A DNA stretch of 64,000 nt from Psammoneis japonica (Eukaryota), in assembly GCA_008632985.1 (NCBI GenBank), contig QPGO01000086.1:124001-188000 (forward strand), written 5' to 3'. The stretch's first letter is position 1. Each line of letters opens with the position of its first letter. Positions 42,626 to 55,900 of the stretch are shown here, piece after piece. The notes beneath the pieces are model-generated. The model was not told the DNA's origin. It saw only the letters and a list, made by a program, of their open reading frames with translations, and ran no database searches. A program made the position numbers and the translations under genes.

Positions 42626-45600
42626 TCAATTCAATTCAATCCTAACAATTACCCGACCCTCGTCAGAGCCGGTGCCTATACTAAGCTTTAGTCACGCCTG
42701 AGAGTCCTTTCAATCCACAACCATGGATAGGTTCAGAGCGTCATATAATCTTTTTTCCGATACCAAATAAACACACAATACCGCGCTTGATAGTTGTGGG
42801 GCGGTTTTGACACCGTACAACTGATTCACTCAGGTTCATGCCTGTAACAAGTAGAATCAATCGGTGTCGAGTTCATCGTACGCAGCTATTTTTGCCACCC
42901 TTACTGCGTAGAGCCATTGTCGCTTGTAGTCAATGTCCTCTGATTGTACAGATTCCATTGACTGTAAAAACCAGCGGGCGAGATGATTGGGAGTGACGAT
43001 AGTCTGGGAGTGTCGGTGATACCAATGAAACTCCGCTTCGACTTGATCATCAAGAATTTCGTTTTCTGCTATGAGAGTTTCGGAGACATTTGATTCTGCA
43101 GCACGCATGCGATGTCGCCACATGTCCCATGCGACATTCCAGAATTGTCTTATCAGGCCACTAACCCATCGTAAACCTGTGTTTCGACGGTCTAAAAAGT
43201 TGTAGTAATCCTGTTGAACAGCTGCCCAGTTTGACGAAATGAAGCCCCTTATCATTGCATCGTCCCCGAGAGCGTCCTGCGCAGAAAAGGCTAGATCGAC
43301 AACTGGGTTGTCAAATTCCAATCGAGAAGAATCGTCGTCGTACCAGAGGTGTAGTTTTCCCATGATCCCTCGTCGTAAATCTGGTTGAGTGTGCTGAGTG
43401 CGTAGCCACTTCTCTAACTCCACGATTTTCTTATCCCACAGCACTCTGGCTGATCGGTGACGACATCTGACAACATGATTTGCACTCAGTTCTGGTTCCC
43501 CGCATCTGGGGCATGCAGCGCTGTGGAGAATGCGCCATCGTTCTAAGTTCCTGCCGATCGGAACAAAGCCAGAGGACCACTTTGGTTGCCAAAGTCTGCG
43601 GAAGATTGGGACTCTCTTCATTGCCTTGCCCAACGATTCCCAGTCGATGTCGGCGTGTGCTGGTGTAGATTCCAGCTTCTTCTCCCAGTGGTGTGTCGCT
43701 GCTGGACCGTGGACATGATCGAGCATGGCGTCTTTGTCCCAGGACGTAAGTGTTTTGCCACCCATCTGAATTGTCCAGACAGTCTGCTCCTTCAGCTCGA
43801 AGTGTCGTGTCGTCGGACGAGAATTGAGAGTTTCCCAGCATGCCTTCGCGAGCAAATCCATTTCCACATTGAGCTGTTCCATGTGGGTGAGTTCATGCAA
43901 GGGCAGATCTTTATCTCCACGTGCCTTGACTTTCTCCGGAGCAAAGACTGTGGATGACGCTGCCATCATTCAATGCATCGGTTGAATCAGATCACAGTTC
44001 GTTTGCCGAGGATCATCACAGTCATTGTAAAAGCACGTTCGAAGCACCAGGAGACAATCGCACCCAATTGTTGTCTTGCCATGTCGGATGTGGCACTTGA
44101 CCTCAAGATGAGTGGCGCAGCGTACAATTCCGCACAGTCCTCCCAGTTCTCCGCGACAAGCCGTCATGTCCTCTGCATGACCTGGTGTTTGATTGACCCC
44201 TCTGTGTTGATTGGGGTGACCTGCCTCTGGAAGTAGGATCACAGCCGCAGCAGCAAGTGCGTCTTTAAAGGATCCGTCGGTGACAGCGATCGCGGTTCCG
44301 TCTCGAATTCCTGCCAACAAGGGACCAATGGGTGGTTCAATGTTGTGAGGAACACAAGACCATTCAAAGAATTCCACTTCAGCCGTGGCGACAATCAGCT
44401 TTGTCGTTCCGGTTGGCGTGACACACGAGCCTTTGACAATCACTCTTGTGGGTGAGCTGCCGTCCGGCAAGGAAGACACTTGTCCTGCAAGCTGACAGAA
44501 TTTTCTTCGCCGCTGTCTCCGTTGTGGAGAGACAGAGTAGAGCCTCACACGGTCATCCTGTTCCAATGGAAACAGACGATCGGTGGCTTCGCAATGTCGC
44601 CACGGTGTGAGGTGGCTGTGGGGAAACCATTCTCCCAGGTGTCTGCGCAGGCGAGATCCATCATTTCGGCCTGCCGCAAGGAAGCACATTGTCATTGCCT
44701 CTTCCCACAACTCCCAGCTTCTCTTTGAGGGACATCCTGCTCTTGGCCAAACACATGGAGACTGGCATTGTTCTTGGCCGTGAAGGCATTGCGGCAGCAC
44801 CCGAACCCCGTCTCCTGAGACAAGGTCCAACAGGGCAATGGCTTGTAGCCACATTCGGCAAACATTCAATCGGCGAAGGTGAGCTCCTCTGCAGCCATTC
44901 TCTACAAAGGATTGCATTAAAAAGGAGTCCTGTTCTCATTGAGGGAGAAGACCTGTGGCTGGTGACGTTGGTCGAATGGAATGGGAGTCGCAAAATTCCC
45001 ACAGTGACGCAAGCCAAGACGGTGTCGCGAGAACACTCAGCTGCTTGCAACTGAGATGAAAAATCTGTCCTGGATGTCCAAGTTCCAGCATCACATTTTC
45101 CCACACTGTTTCTAGTTCCTTTCCTGTCATGGAGGGCGAGTCACTCTCCTGCAGACAGACTTCCAGTTTCAAGAGTCCTTGGACTGCACACAGTTCCGGG
45201 ATGCCAACTCCGTTGCACTTTGTCGGTGCAAACAGAATTTTCCGGGGAAAGGACCGAGGGCACCCAATCGCTGGGAGTGCTGCTTGCAACAATGGTTTCT
45301 CAATCATCTCGCAATCTTTCTTGGTTGTGGATGCAGCAGCCAACGGATGTTCCAGCGATTTCACGATTCCCCCGGTTAGCAAGATCCATGCTTCTGTCCT
45401 GTTGAGATGCCCGCAACGAATTTGGTCTGCCCACTTTAGAGTTTTTGCCCGAAAAGCCGCCACCTGTCCTTCCGTGTTGCCATCCATTGCCACCCATGCG
45501 CCCAGTGTTTCTTCTGACTCCCACGGTTCAAGACGTCGGACAGTCTGCCGGACGCCTTTGTGATCTCGAACAGTGATTTCTGCAGGAGCATCCTCCATTG

Positions 45601-48600
45601 TCTGATGTTGCCACCGTTCATTTTCCCATTTGAAGCTTGCTAGAGACCAGTGGCTTTTAAGAGGAACAAGAGCGCTGCCCGTTGCACGTGTGCCGCCTTC
45701 CCAGCAGTCAGCCACACTCTGCATGCCCGTGGACACCTCTTGGCATGTGGCATCAAAATCTGGCGAGTGGCAAGGCAGGTCCGTGTCGTCCACAAAGGTG
45801 CAGCATGCACAATGCACGGCGTTCTTTGAGATTGGGCTGCGTGCTCGAATTCCAAAGCCTTCTTCGCGAAGCATGTTGATTGCGGGAACACTTGCTGCCA
45901 ACCAAATTCCTGGTGCTGCTCCATGCCCCTGAAAAATGCCTTGGAATGGAACTTCTAACGCTGCACAAGGAGTTTCGGAGTCCCCGTGCGCCGTGCGAAC
46001 ACAGTGCTGGATTTGACTTGGCGTTGCTGTCATCATGAATGCTTCGTCCTCTCCAGTGCGATGGACAGTCGCATCAAATCGTGATCGAGAATCCCTTGTT
46101 CCACCACTTGATTGTGCTTTTTGACGATTTTCGGGTCGTCAAGTTTGCCTGCAAGCCGATCCAGTTTCAGCTCAGCTGGTGGTGGGGGAGAGCACCCAAG
46201 TGCACTTTGTTTGCATGCATCAATCCAAATGATCCTGTGATCCGACGAATGGTCAAATTCCCCGAAACCAGACACACCTGCCTTTTCCATCTCGAGAGTG
46301 GGAGAGACAAAAATTGCATCAATCGGGATCTCGGATTGGTTCTTGTCACATGTGGCGACTGGTGACAGTCTTGGGTGGGCTTCTTGGAATGCATCGACAA
46401 GATTTGACGAGCGAGCCCATGTCTGCATCGATGCGTTTCGGACGTTTTTGTTAAAATCCCCTCCCAGAACAATGAGATCTCCCTCCTCCTGCCAGTTTCG
46501 GATCTCTTCCGACAGATCTTCCAACAGTGCTTGGCGGGGGCATCGTAAATCCTTCTTCGTTAGAAGGTGCGTCTGATGCTGTGAATAAACACGGCCGGGA
46601 TTCCCTTGCCTGTCCGTGACTGGGCGACAAGCTGTTGTCATCCTTGTGTGAATTCCGCCTTTCCCTCGGAGCCTTGTCCATGTCCAACGTCCAAGTCCGC
46701 TCTTGTCTTCTCCTTGTGAGATCAGATGATGACGTAATTCCGCCGGAAGAATCTGTCCTGCGCCTTCAAACATGCGTTTCCCTTGTGTTGAATGGCGCGT
46801 GTTGACCGCCACTGAAGAATGTCCCCTGCGAAGTGAAAGCCACCAGCTGCGCCACTGGCAATGCTTGGGCATGCGTTTGAGATTAAGATTCATTTCGATG
46901 AGTCCCATTGCATCGACGTTGTTATCTTGAATCCATTTCTCAATGTCATGATGCTTGTTGTCTTTGCTTGGGTGAGCTGGGAGTCCGCTGATGTTGTGGA
47001 ACGCAAAGCAGTGTGTTCGTTTTTGCTTCACTGCAATGGAGTCTCCCCAGCACTCATCACTCTGTCGACTGTCACTTTCCAAATTTACATCCTCATTTGG
47101 CGGTCGTTGACGGTTCCGCCGAGGATGGTTTGAACTAAGTGTGTCCTCCGGTGCTCTCGGCCTGAGCACCGGTTTGGTTCGTATCCTGCGAACTTTCGTT
47201 CGCTGAATCGGCCGGAACCACAATGCCGACGGCACGGAGCAGTTCCTTCAACTCAAAGAGCTCTTGCTGAGTCTGGGCCAGCTTTTCTTTTGTGGAGGTG
47301 GCAGTGACCATAGAAGCAGCATCTGCCACTTCTTTGGAGGGGTCGCAGATGCGCTCTCTCGTCAGATTGATTCCTGATTTGAAGCGAACCGATTTCCCGT
47401 CCTTCGATTGCCCAGCGGTAGATTTCTCTTCTGATGTTCCATCGTTGGATTCGTCTACACTGTTGGCTTTGGTGTGCTGAGTGTCGTCGTCTTTGTTGCG
47501 CATGCACCCTGCCGAAGAAATGTCTTCAGCGGTTTCAAGGCGTTCAGCAGCCTTTTCAAGGGGCGCGCTCTTTTTCGGAGATGGTTTGCTTTGAGAACTC
47601 TGACGTTTGGAAGCATTGTTTGTCGAGATGTTCGTTTTCCAGTCCTCTTCCAGCCCCCATGGATCATCTTGGATGATCTTCGAGATTGTTGCACTTTCAG
47701 AGGACGTGGTCTTGCCTGTCTCGGCGTCATAGACCGTGGTGCGACAGGCGGCAACACCTGATGATTTGAACCACATGGCAGCTTCTTGACCGAAGATGTG
47801 CAAGGTCTCCGGGATGACTCTGTTCAACTCTGCCATCACTTCAGCAAAGTTTTTCTTTGGGAACGTAACCACGTGATCTGATGGACGGTTCCACTTAGTG
47901 TCGACATGGTGGATGAGGGGAGTGAACTTTTTCTTTTCTGCCGTTGGATCCTGAACGCGTTTGCGCATTAAAAAGTGACGCAGGGACCATTTTTTCCCAT
48001 TCTCGTCGATGATGAGTTCATCGAGGTCTTTGAAGAAGCCAAAATCGACTTGGCCGAGTGCTTGCTCCGTGAAGCAGTGTTGGCGTTGAGCGAGCTCTGA
48101 GATGTTCTTCCTCACATCGTCTGGTGCGCACTGCATCATGGTTGACGTGTGGCATGGAACGAATTGCATGGTGAGTCCGAGACACCTTTTCTTTGCGCCT
48201 GCTCGCCAGAGCCTTTCTGCTGCTGTCCTTGCTTCATGAGCGGAGTGTTCCTCTACATCGATGTGTGGCACCTGAGGATTTTTCTTCGGGTCTGATGGGT
48301 CGCATTTCGGGCACTTGCCGTCTGGTCCTGCAATGGAGCGCCATTGGATTCCTAATTTTTCGGGATGATCTTCAAAACCCAATCTTGCACAAATCGCGTC
48401 GTGCAGCGTGTTCTCGGACATTGTTTTGGAGCTGCCATGTGACCATCCAATGCATTCAACTCGGCATGATTGGCATGGAATGGGGTTCCGTGCGACACTG
48501 AAGCTGCCATTTTCGACATCTTCAAACACACCTTGCAGAGCTTTGCCAAACTCTGGGAGTGGTGCATCGGCATCTCCTGCTGCTAGGAACCGAATCTTGC

Positions 48601-49813
48601 AGCAAGTCGTGTGTTCATCGTTGACTCTTGGATTGAAGCAATCGGTTCCAAGCATGACGCTGAACTTCATCCTTTCTTTCGCAGAGCCTTCTGGAAGGTC
48701 GTCTGCCGTTTTCCATTCACCGCATTCATCACTTGGTTCTTCATCCCAGGTCCCGATGCACACGTTTTTGCCTGATGCCTCTTGAGTGATCTCGAGAGCC
48801 TGTCCCAAAATTTGCTGAGCCTGTTGAAAGGGTTTTTTGGCAGGTTGAAGAGTTGGCCACGCGTTGCATCTGATTTCGTTCCAGATCGGGTCCACTTCTT
48901 CAGTTTCCACGAAGTGTTCGTCGTCCAATTCCTCATCGGATTCTTCCATTTCGACTTCACAATCTTCATCGTCTTCGTCTTCGTTTTCTTTCTTTTTGTT
49001 CGTAGAGTCGTGCTTGTCGTCGTCGGATGAGCATTTTTCTGGAGGGGTTTCTTCCTCTTCGTCTTCTTTTCCTTCTTCTTCATCATCATCATTGCCATCA
49101 TTGTTGTCCTCTTCCTCTGTCGTTGGTGGATCCGCAACTGGGAAATCTGCGTCGGAGTCTTGATCATTTGGATCGGCGTCAAAAGAGGAATCCGCGTGAT
49201 TCTTGCCAACGAGATTTTCCATGTCATCTTGTTCTTCATCATGGGATGTGTTGTGCGTTTCCATTGATTCAGACAAGACTGTCTGAGAGACTTCTGGGTC
49301 AGCCAGTTCGGGGTCGTTGTAATCCTCCAACGGAGCGCAGGTGTTCTTTGTTGATGGGGTTTGTAGATCGGCAGAAACCACATGGTCTTTGTCGGTGACA
49401 GACAATGAGGGAGGGCCTTGTTTTGGATTGTCTTCATGCTGTTGATCTTTGGATCTGCTGCGTGTATGACGGGCTAGAGGTGAACATTGGTAAGGAGTTA
49501 CCGAGCCGGGAGCGATCTTGGCGGTGGTTGCTGTTGTCCATTCACCATCGTTGGGGGAGGTTTCCTTGGTGCGTGAGTTTTGCGTAGAATTTGTACGAGG
49601 CGTTGCCTTCGGATCGGTCGTTTTGCTGTTTGTTTTGTTTGAGTCAGAGGAAGTAGTTTCTGGTGGTTTTGCTTTGCCATTAACTCCTTTACCCTTTTTC
49701 TTATGAGCACCTTTGCGGGGAGAAGTGTTTTGTTTTTCCGCAGAGGTGAAGCGTTTACGACTTGGCATGGTGCGAATTTTTTAGCTTGTTGGTTTGTAAG
49801 TACGTGCGAGTTA
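42626..49813 (-). mobile_element. Non-LTR retrotransposon 1 (APE-RT-RNase H, Ambal-like), inactive: ORF1 49768-47135, ORF2 pieces 47235-42857
   Basis: 18-bp TSD TGCTGCATTGGCGAAAAT (42608-25, 49814-31); (ATTGA)3 3' tail; GGDFN and SDHR (APE), FVDDTD (RT), TDGSFKD..RGELGG (RNase H), CPRCG..HVVRC zinc knuckle. Confidence 0.93.
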
Positions 49814-49861
49814 TGCTGCATTGGCGAAAATACAAAATACCCACGCGTTCAATACTTCGTC

Positions 49862-50338
49862 ATGATTGCTTTCTTGTCCAAAGAGACGCTTTTCTGGATC
49901 CCTTACACTGTAGATCTAGTCCTATGCCTGGTTCAGTTTCCAATGTTTGCGCTCAAAGGCGCACAAGGCATGATGGATATTCTCGGTACCGACGGCACTT
50001 CTGCTCCTAAAAAGGACGACGACGACAAAAAGAATGTCGTTACGAAGGCATACGCTCATCTATTTGATTTATTTCTACTATGCTACTCTGGTTACTGTGT
50101 CATGATGTACTATGGTCTTTACTCCATTATTTCCTACCCTGGGGAGCTTACGCCCGTGTTTGGTGCAGTCATGTTTGGTGTGAATCTTGCAAAGTTTGTG
50201 GTGATGTGGCGATGGGAAAAGCGAGACGGTGAAACAAAAGAGTTGAGAAATTCCAAGAAGTTTTCTTTGCTGGTGTTTGACATTCCATTTTATGGCGGAT
50301 ACTCTCTACTGTGCTTCTTGCAGCGGTACGTGAATTAG
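49862..50338 (+). CDS. Small multi-pass membrane protein (158 aa)
   Basis: ATG 49862 just outside the LINE TSD; about four hydrophobic segments; normal Tyr content. Confidence 0.7.
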   Translation: MIAFLSKETLFWIPYTVDLVLCLVQFPMFALKGAQGMMDILGTDGTSAPKKDDDDKKNVVTKAYAHLFDLFLLCYSGYCVMMYYGLYSIISYPGELTPVFGAVMFGVNLAKFVVMWRWEKRDGETKELRNSKKFSLLVFDIPFYGGYSLLCFLQRYVN

Positions 50339-51057
50339 TTGCCAGAAGCGCCTGTGCCCTGTGCATGATCCCTGTACAAGATATGCAGCACTGTTTCGGG
50401 TTGTAGCACAAGCAGAGATGATAATTACCGCGCAAAGTACTGTTTGGATAACGAAACGCACACTTCCTATTGAAATCCAACTCATTCTCGCGGACATCTT
50501 AGTTCTTCTCTCCCCTATCAGAAAGATCGTCCTATACCGCATTTACCACGCGTGGGAGTCTATCCGACATTGCTCGTCAATACCGTCTGTTCTAGTAGCA
50601 ATCTGAATCCTTGGACCTTGATGAAAAACGACCAGAAGGCTTGTCAATCGATTCATGACCGCCGACGATTCGTTTCTTCTAGTCCCACTCCATGCAATGC
50701 TTTTTTTGGCTTTGGTCTTCTCGAAACGCACAAGCGCATTTTAGGTTTCGATAGATCGAATCGTGCATCACGACTCCTTCCATGGCAAATAAGAATATAG
50801 CTTTCGAAGAATCGGTCCAATGCCGCGGCTTAACATATGGCTGTCTCATCGCTCCCCCAACAACGACGCAACCTCTCCTCTAGCACTCAAGGTTGTCAGG
50901 CTTATTGCTGAGCGGCAACTACTAGAGCGCATCAATACTCTATCTCTGAACTCGCTATACTGATGTATTACCTCCAGAAGGCCATTTGCGTGGCGAAAAA
51001 GGGACCAGTCGACTGCAATCTCAACCCATAACAAATATCCACGCTAGAATCGATCAC

Positions 51058-52539
51058 CTACAGTTGAGCTTCAAGAGACTTCAACGCATGTTTGTACCGA
51101 TCATCGTAGGCTTTTCTTTCTTGTTCGTCTTGTATCGGAATGAGTTCGTTGACTAGACTGCTTCCGTCTATTGTCATGATGGAATCTGCGACCTTTTCTT
51201 GAAAGCCAAACATCTTGCCTACCCTGAACATATATTCAAGGATTTTCATCTGAAGTTTCCACGCCCAAGAAGTATTGCAAATTTCACGGCTTGCATCCAT
51301 TAGTTCATTGGCAGTCTTCAATCTCTGTCTCTCGTAGTCTGCAACTACAGACTCCGCATCTTGACCGTGTCGCATCATAGCTTCCGCCAGACAAAGTGCG
51401 TCCACCATGGCCTGGCTACTCCCGAGTCCAGCATACGGTGTAAACGGATGAGCGGCATCTGTTGTGTTTCACGACAAGTACAAGGCAGCGTTAGAATCTT
51501 GGTATTGGCACAAAGAAGGTTCATCGGCGCTGTTGAAACTTACCTCCGACTAGAACGACTTTGCCTTTGTGATAAGTATCCAAAGGTTCACGATCGCAAC
51601 ACATTACAACCTGCATATCCTCTTCCTTTGTACGATCAATCAGGGCTTCGATTGTCGGAATACCATCCTTACACCTGTCTCGAGAAACATCCAGCCAACC
51701 GTCAAAACCGGGTGGTACATTGGGAAGCTTTTGATGGGGTTTGCCATCAAGAATAAAGTTGGCGTACCAAATGGTAGCAGATGGGTTGACGACTGCATAC
51801 TGGACAAAGTCTGCTTCCATTCCCATAATTCCGTAACTCTTTCCAGTCACTCCCGGTGGTTTGGGAAAGTCTTTGGCTTCTTCCGGAGACAGGGGTGGCA
51901 AAACCGCATAACACGCCACGATCCCGTCGCTCCGAAGTCCTTTGCCCTCTCCAAAGGCATGCTTGCGAACTCGGGAATGCACTCCGTCTGCGGCAACCAC
52001 CAAGTCAGCTTGAAGGATCTCTTTTTTACGAGAACCGTCATTACCCCAGGAAGGACCTTCCACCTGGACCGTTCCTTTTTCGTGATTTACTAGTTGAGCG
52101 TTGGTCTCAAAGACGATGCATTCGGGATCCAACTTTTCGACGGTTTCGCAAAGTGACTGGAGTAGCGCCGCTCTATAGTAATGTTGAACATGGGCATTCC
52201 CAGACTTCTAGATTTCCACTCCAAGTCGTTAATCAGAGGGACTTTGTTGTTTGAGCCCATGAATAGGGCGCACTTGTCGTAGGCAACGGCCGAATCAAAG
52301 ATTGGTTGTGCGGCAGCTCCGTTGGCAATTCTCAGCAAGGCTTGAATGCCACTGGAGGCCATGTCGTAGAAGGATTTGGTATCCGCCAACAAAGATTCCC
52401 TCGAACGGCGTTCCAAAACGCGGCACTTGAAACCATTGTCCAACAAATGAGCGGACATGGCTAGACCAGCCGGTCCACCACCAACAATCAGGATAGTGGG
52501 GGATGATTGGCGACGCTGGAGATTGGAAGCAGTGCACAT
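51058..52539 (-). CDS. FAD-dependent monooxygenase; intron 51543-51459; frameshift near 52175
   Basis: ILIVGGGPAGL, DLVVAADGVHSRVR, VVLVG|DAAHPFTPYAGLG. Confidence 0.85.
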
Positions 52540-52920
52540 GGGCTAGAGATTTCTCGAGTTGAAGATATCGTCAAGTTGTGAGACGAAATTTTGAGGTAAG
52601 AGATGTTCCTGGAAAAAGATCAGTGTTCATAGAGTGTTAAGTGTCGTTCCCGACGACCATTCATGAGCAAAGAGCGACAAGCGATGATGATGCGTTTGTT
52701 GGTCCGCGCGGTATCGATCCTATCGTAGTCCTGCTGGCTGCGCCGCTGCGCCGCTGCGCCGCTGTCCTCATCCAGTGCCAGAATCGGGGAGAAGACCCAT
52801 TACCTATTGAACCACGTACGCACGTTGAACGTGCTGTAAGGGTTGGTTGTTGTTTTTCTTCGGTCACCGGCCTGTCTCATTCTTTCAAGATCGACAAAGA
52901 CAAGCCGCTGTCGTTAGTGT

Positions 52921-55900
52921 AAACAAAACAAAACCAAACTTCTATATTTTAAGTGCTGCTACGCTTCCACCCTGCAACTCCGGCAACAAGCTAACCCACA
53001 CTCCCAGCACACAATTGGTGCGGCAGGAGCAAACAGCAATCAGCCGAGATCGGCATCACCCGAGGGTGACGCCGCGCCAAAGCAACTTGCAATGGTTCTG
53101 GTGCCTCGTGCAGCCAATCGTTTGGCTTCCCGCATGCTCGATTTAAAGACTGGTTTGAACATTGCCAGCCAGCTGCGAATCCGATGAGTTGAATGCGTCA
53201 AATGATCTTCCACCGAATCCAACAAGAGCGCCTTGTCTCTCGCAAGGCAATCATCCGTGCGAGAATAAATCGCTTTAACCTCTGCTTCCGCGTCTCTCCT
53301 TTGAGAGGACTTTCTAGTTTCCGAATCGTGTCCGTGCACAGCGTCATTGTGAGCACCCCACAGGTCCCACCACTGCTCCCATGTAAAGTTCCCAATGGTT
53401 GCCGCCCAATCCAAACGTTTCTGTTGGTCCGAAAGGGTCCGACAAATGCCGCTCGACGTAAGACAGGAGGTTTGTGTCACACTCCATTGGACCGAAAAAC
53501 GACCATCAAACAACTGACGCCAACCCATTTCTCCTTGGGAATGGAAAACGGAGATGACGCTGTGATGAAATTGCTCAGAGTAAAGAAGCTCATCTCGAAA
53601 CCATGCTTCAACAGCCGACATGATCAAGTCTCGTAAGGAGGGAGACGTGTGAACATCATTGCACTTCTTGCGCAGGCCTTGTAAAAATTTTCTGCGCCAG
53701 GCCTCATTGTGAGGACAACGGAGAATGTGGTCTCTGTCTTCCATGGGGTCCTGACAGTGTGCACAACAGTCCGGACGTGTCGGATTGCATCTGTGCACGA
53801 TTTTGTCAGTGGGTGGAAGATCTTGAACCAGCTTGACAGCACCAACTTTTCGACGAATGTTCCGTGACATCAGTTTCGCATGAACGTCCCAATCGATCGA
53901 CGCGCAGACTTCGTCGGACCAACCATGTTTCTCTTTCATGCAGTCGACCAGCGCGGGACTCGATGCCTGATGTCGCAGGACCGGCTTGCATTTGGACGAG
54001 ACAGTGGCTCCTTGGAGGATCAGATTTGCTCGACAGTGAGGCATGCGGGGGGCTTCAAGAGCATCGCCAGAAAATTGGCCTTGGAATTGTCCTGCTGGTC
54101 TGTCAGCCCGCGTGTTCAACTTCGCCGCCAAGGATGAAGACTCCACAGGAAGAGTGTCATCTTGGTGACCTTTCACCCAATGAATCTCTACGACAGGACA
54201 CTGCAGTTCATCAGTGCTGACCTCGGACACTTGTCGTAGGGAGTGAAAAATTTCATTGACAATGTCCCAGTCTGGTGAGAGGGTGTCAGCAATGTGATGC
54301 CGCCATTGAAAGTCATCGGCTCCTTGAGCATCATCTGCTTCGGGAGGAGAAGGAATCACCTGGAAATTCGAGATGTTGCGAATGAGTGAAGAATTGTCGC
54401 AATGCAAGTCAGCGCCTCTTAAAGATGAAGAACAACATTCTGTCAATCGGGCCAGGAAACGGAGAAAGGACAGCATGCCGCATGCTTCAGCTCGGCAAGA
54501 AGATGGGCAAAAACCAAAAACCGGACCTGCACAATCCACAAGAGGTGTCCCATCGATTGTGATCGTCCAACCAAAGGCACCTCAAAATTGAAGGACCGAG
54601 CCGTCGCCACCCGCTGACGCTTGGTGGGTCGCAAAGATGTCGGCGATTTCAAATGTTGACCGGTGCAGGGACGATTCCCAACAAGATAGAGACCGCAGCA
54701 TAGAGAGAAAATCGTTGGGGACGGGAGGCAAAGTTGGCAAGAAGACTGGAGTGCCAGAAGACCGAATTCGCCAATGACCATTTCTGGTGGCATCCACAAG
54801 CACCGGGGATGCCGCAGGGGAAAGATCTGGGACAGTTTCCAAGGCCGCAATCGAGTCAGCATGACCGTGTTTCACCGGAAACATTTGAAATCCAGCATCC
54901 GAATGGATGCACAAGTGATCTTCGGAGGGTTCGTGGCATGCCACGTGTGACATTCGCATTTCCGTAGCCGGCATGAGCCATTGACCTGGGGGATCTCGGA
55001 GATCAAAAGAACCGTCCTTGCAAAATGAGGAACAAGCTCTTCGCCACTGTTTCCAAGCTCGAGCAGACGGGCGTTGTTGTTCAACGGGGTTCAGAGTGCT
55101 GCGGCTGCTGAAAAGGGACGATCGGCCGTCGACTTTAAAGGAGTCAAGCGAGAGGCCATCTGGAAGGGTGGTGTCCGACAGTGTCAGTGCGTTAAGACAC
55201 AACCGACAGCAGTTGACCCACCTGATCTCCCGATCACTGAAGGCGCCCGATTCAAGTGCGACGTCCACAACACATTGGACGCGTTCCAGGTCTAGGTGGG
55301 ACCTCGCACTACTGAACTGTGACATCGACAGTTTTTTGAGTCTCGTCGTATGTCGCGCACGTAGATTTCTACGTGATTTTTTCGACATTTTGTGTCATTT
55401 TACGGCACACTTGTTGAGCGATCCGTCCAACAACTTTTGACATTTTTTGTTACAGCGCGATTCTACAATGTCTTAAGAATCGCATGGGGCAGGCGAAGTT
55501 GCAAAAACGTCGAGTGGTAAGAGGCATAATTGCACCACAAACTTGGCCGTTTATTTGATGTTGAAGACAAACATGTCCATTGATGAAATTCTCGCACTGC
55601 GGAGCTCGCACGTAGAATTCTACGGGCCCAATGTCACACGGAGTCCCACCTGGGGCTGGAACGCGTCATTGGTCGTCATCTCGCTGTAGCGGGAGGACGC
55701 CAGGCTCGTCACAGTCAATGGAAGCATCAATCCTTGCCAAGAAAGATCGGAGAGACACAAACCAGCGTGATTCTGAATGAGGCAACTTGGCATGAACGTC
55801 TTTTAGAAAACCAACTCCCGCTCCGATCTGCAGCTGAATCCATGACACTGCAATGCAAGACAGAGCTTGAGGTTGTCCTGTCCCGTGCCAGTGACGAAGA

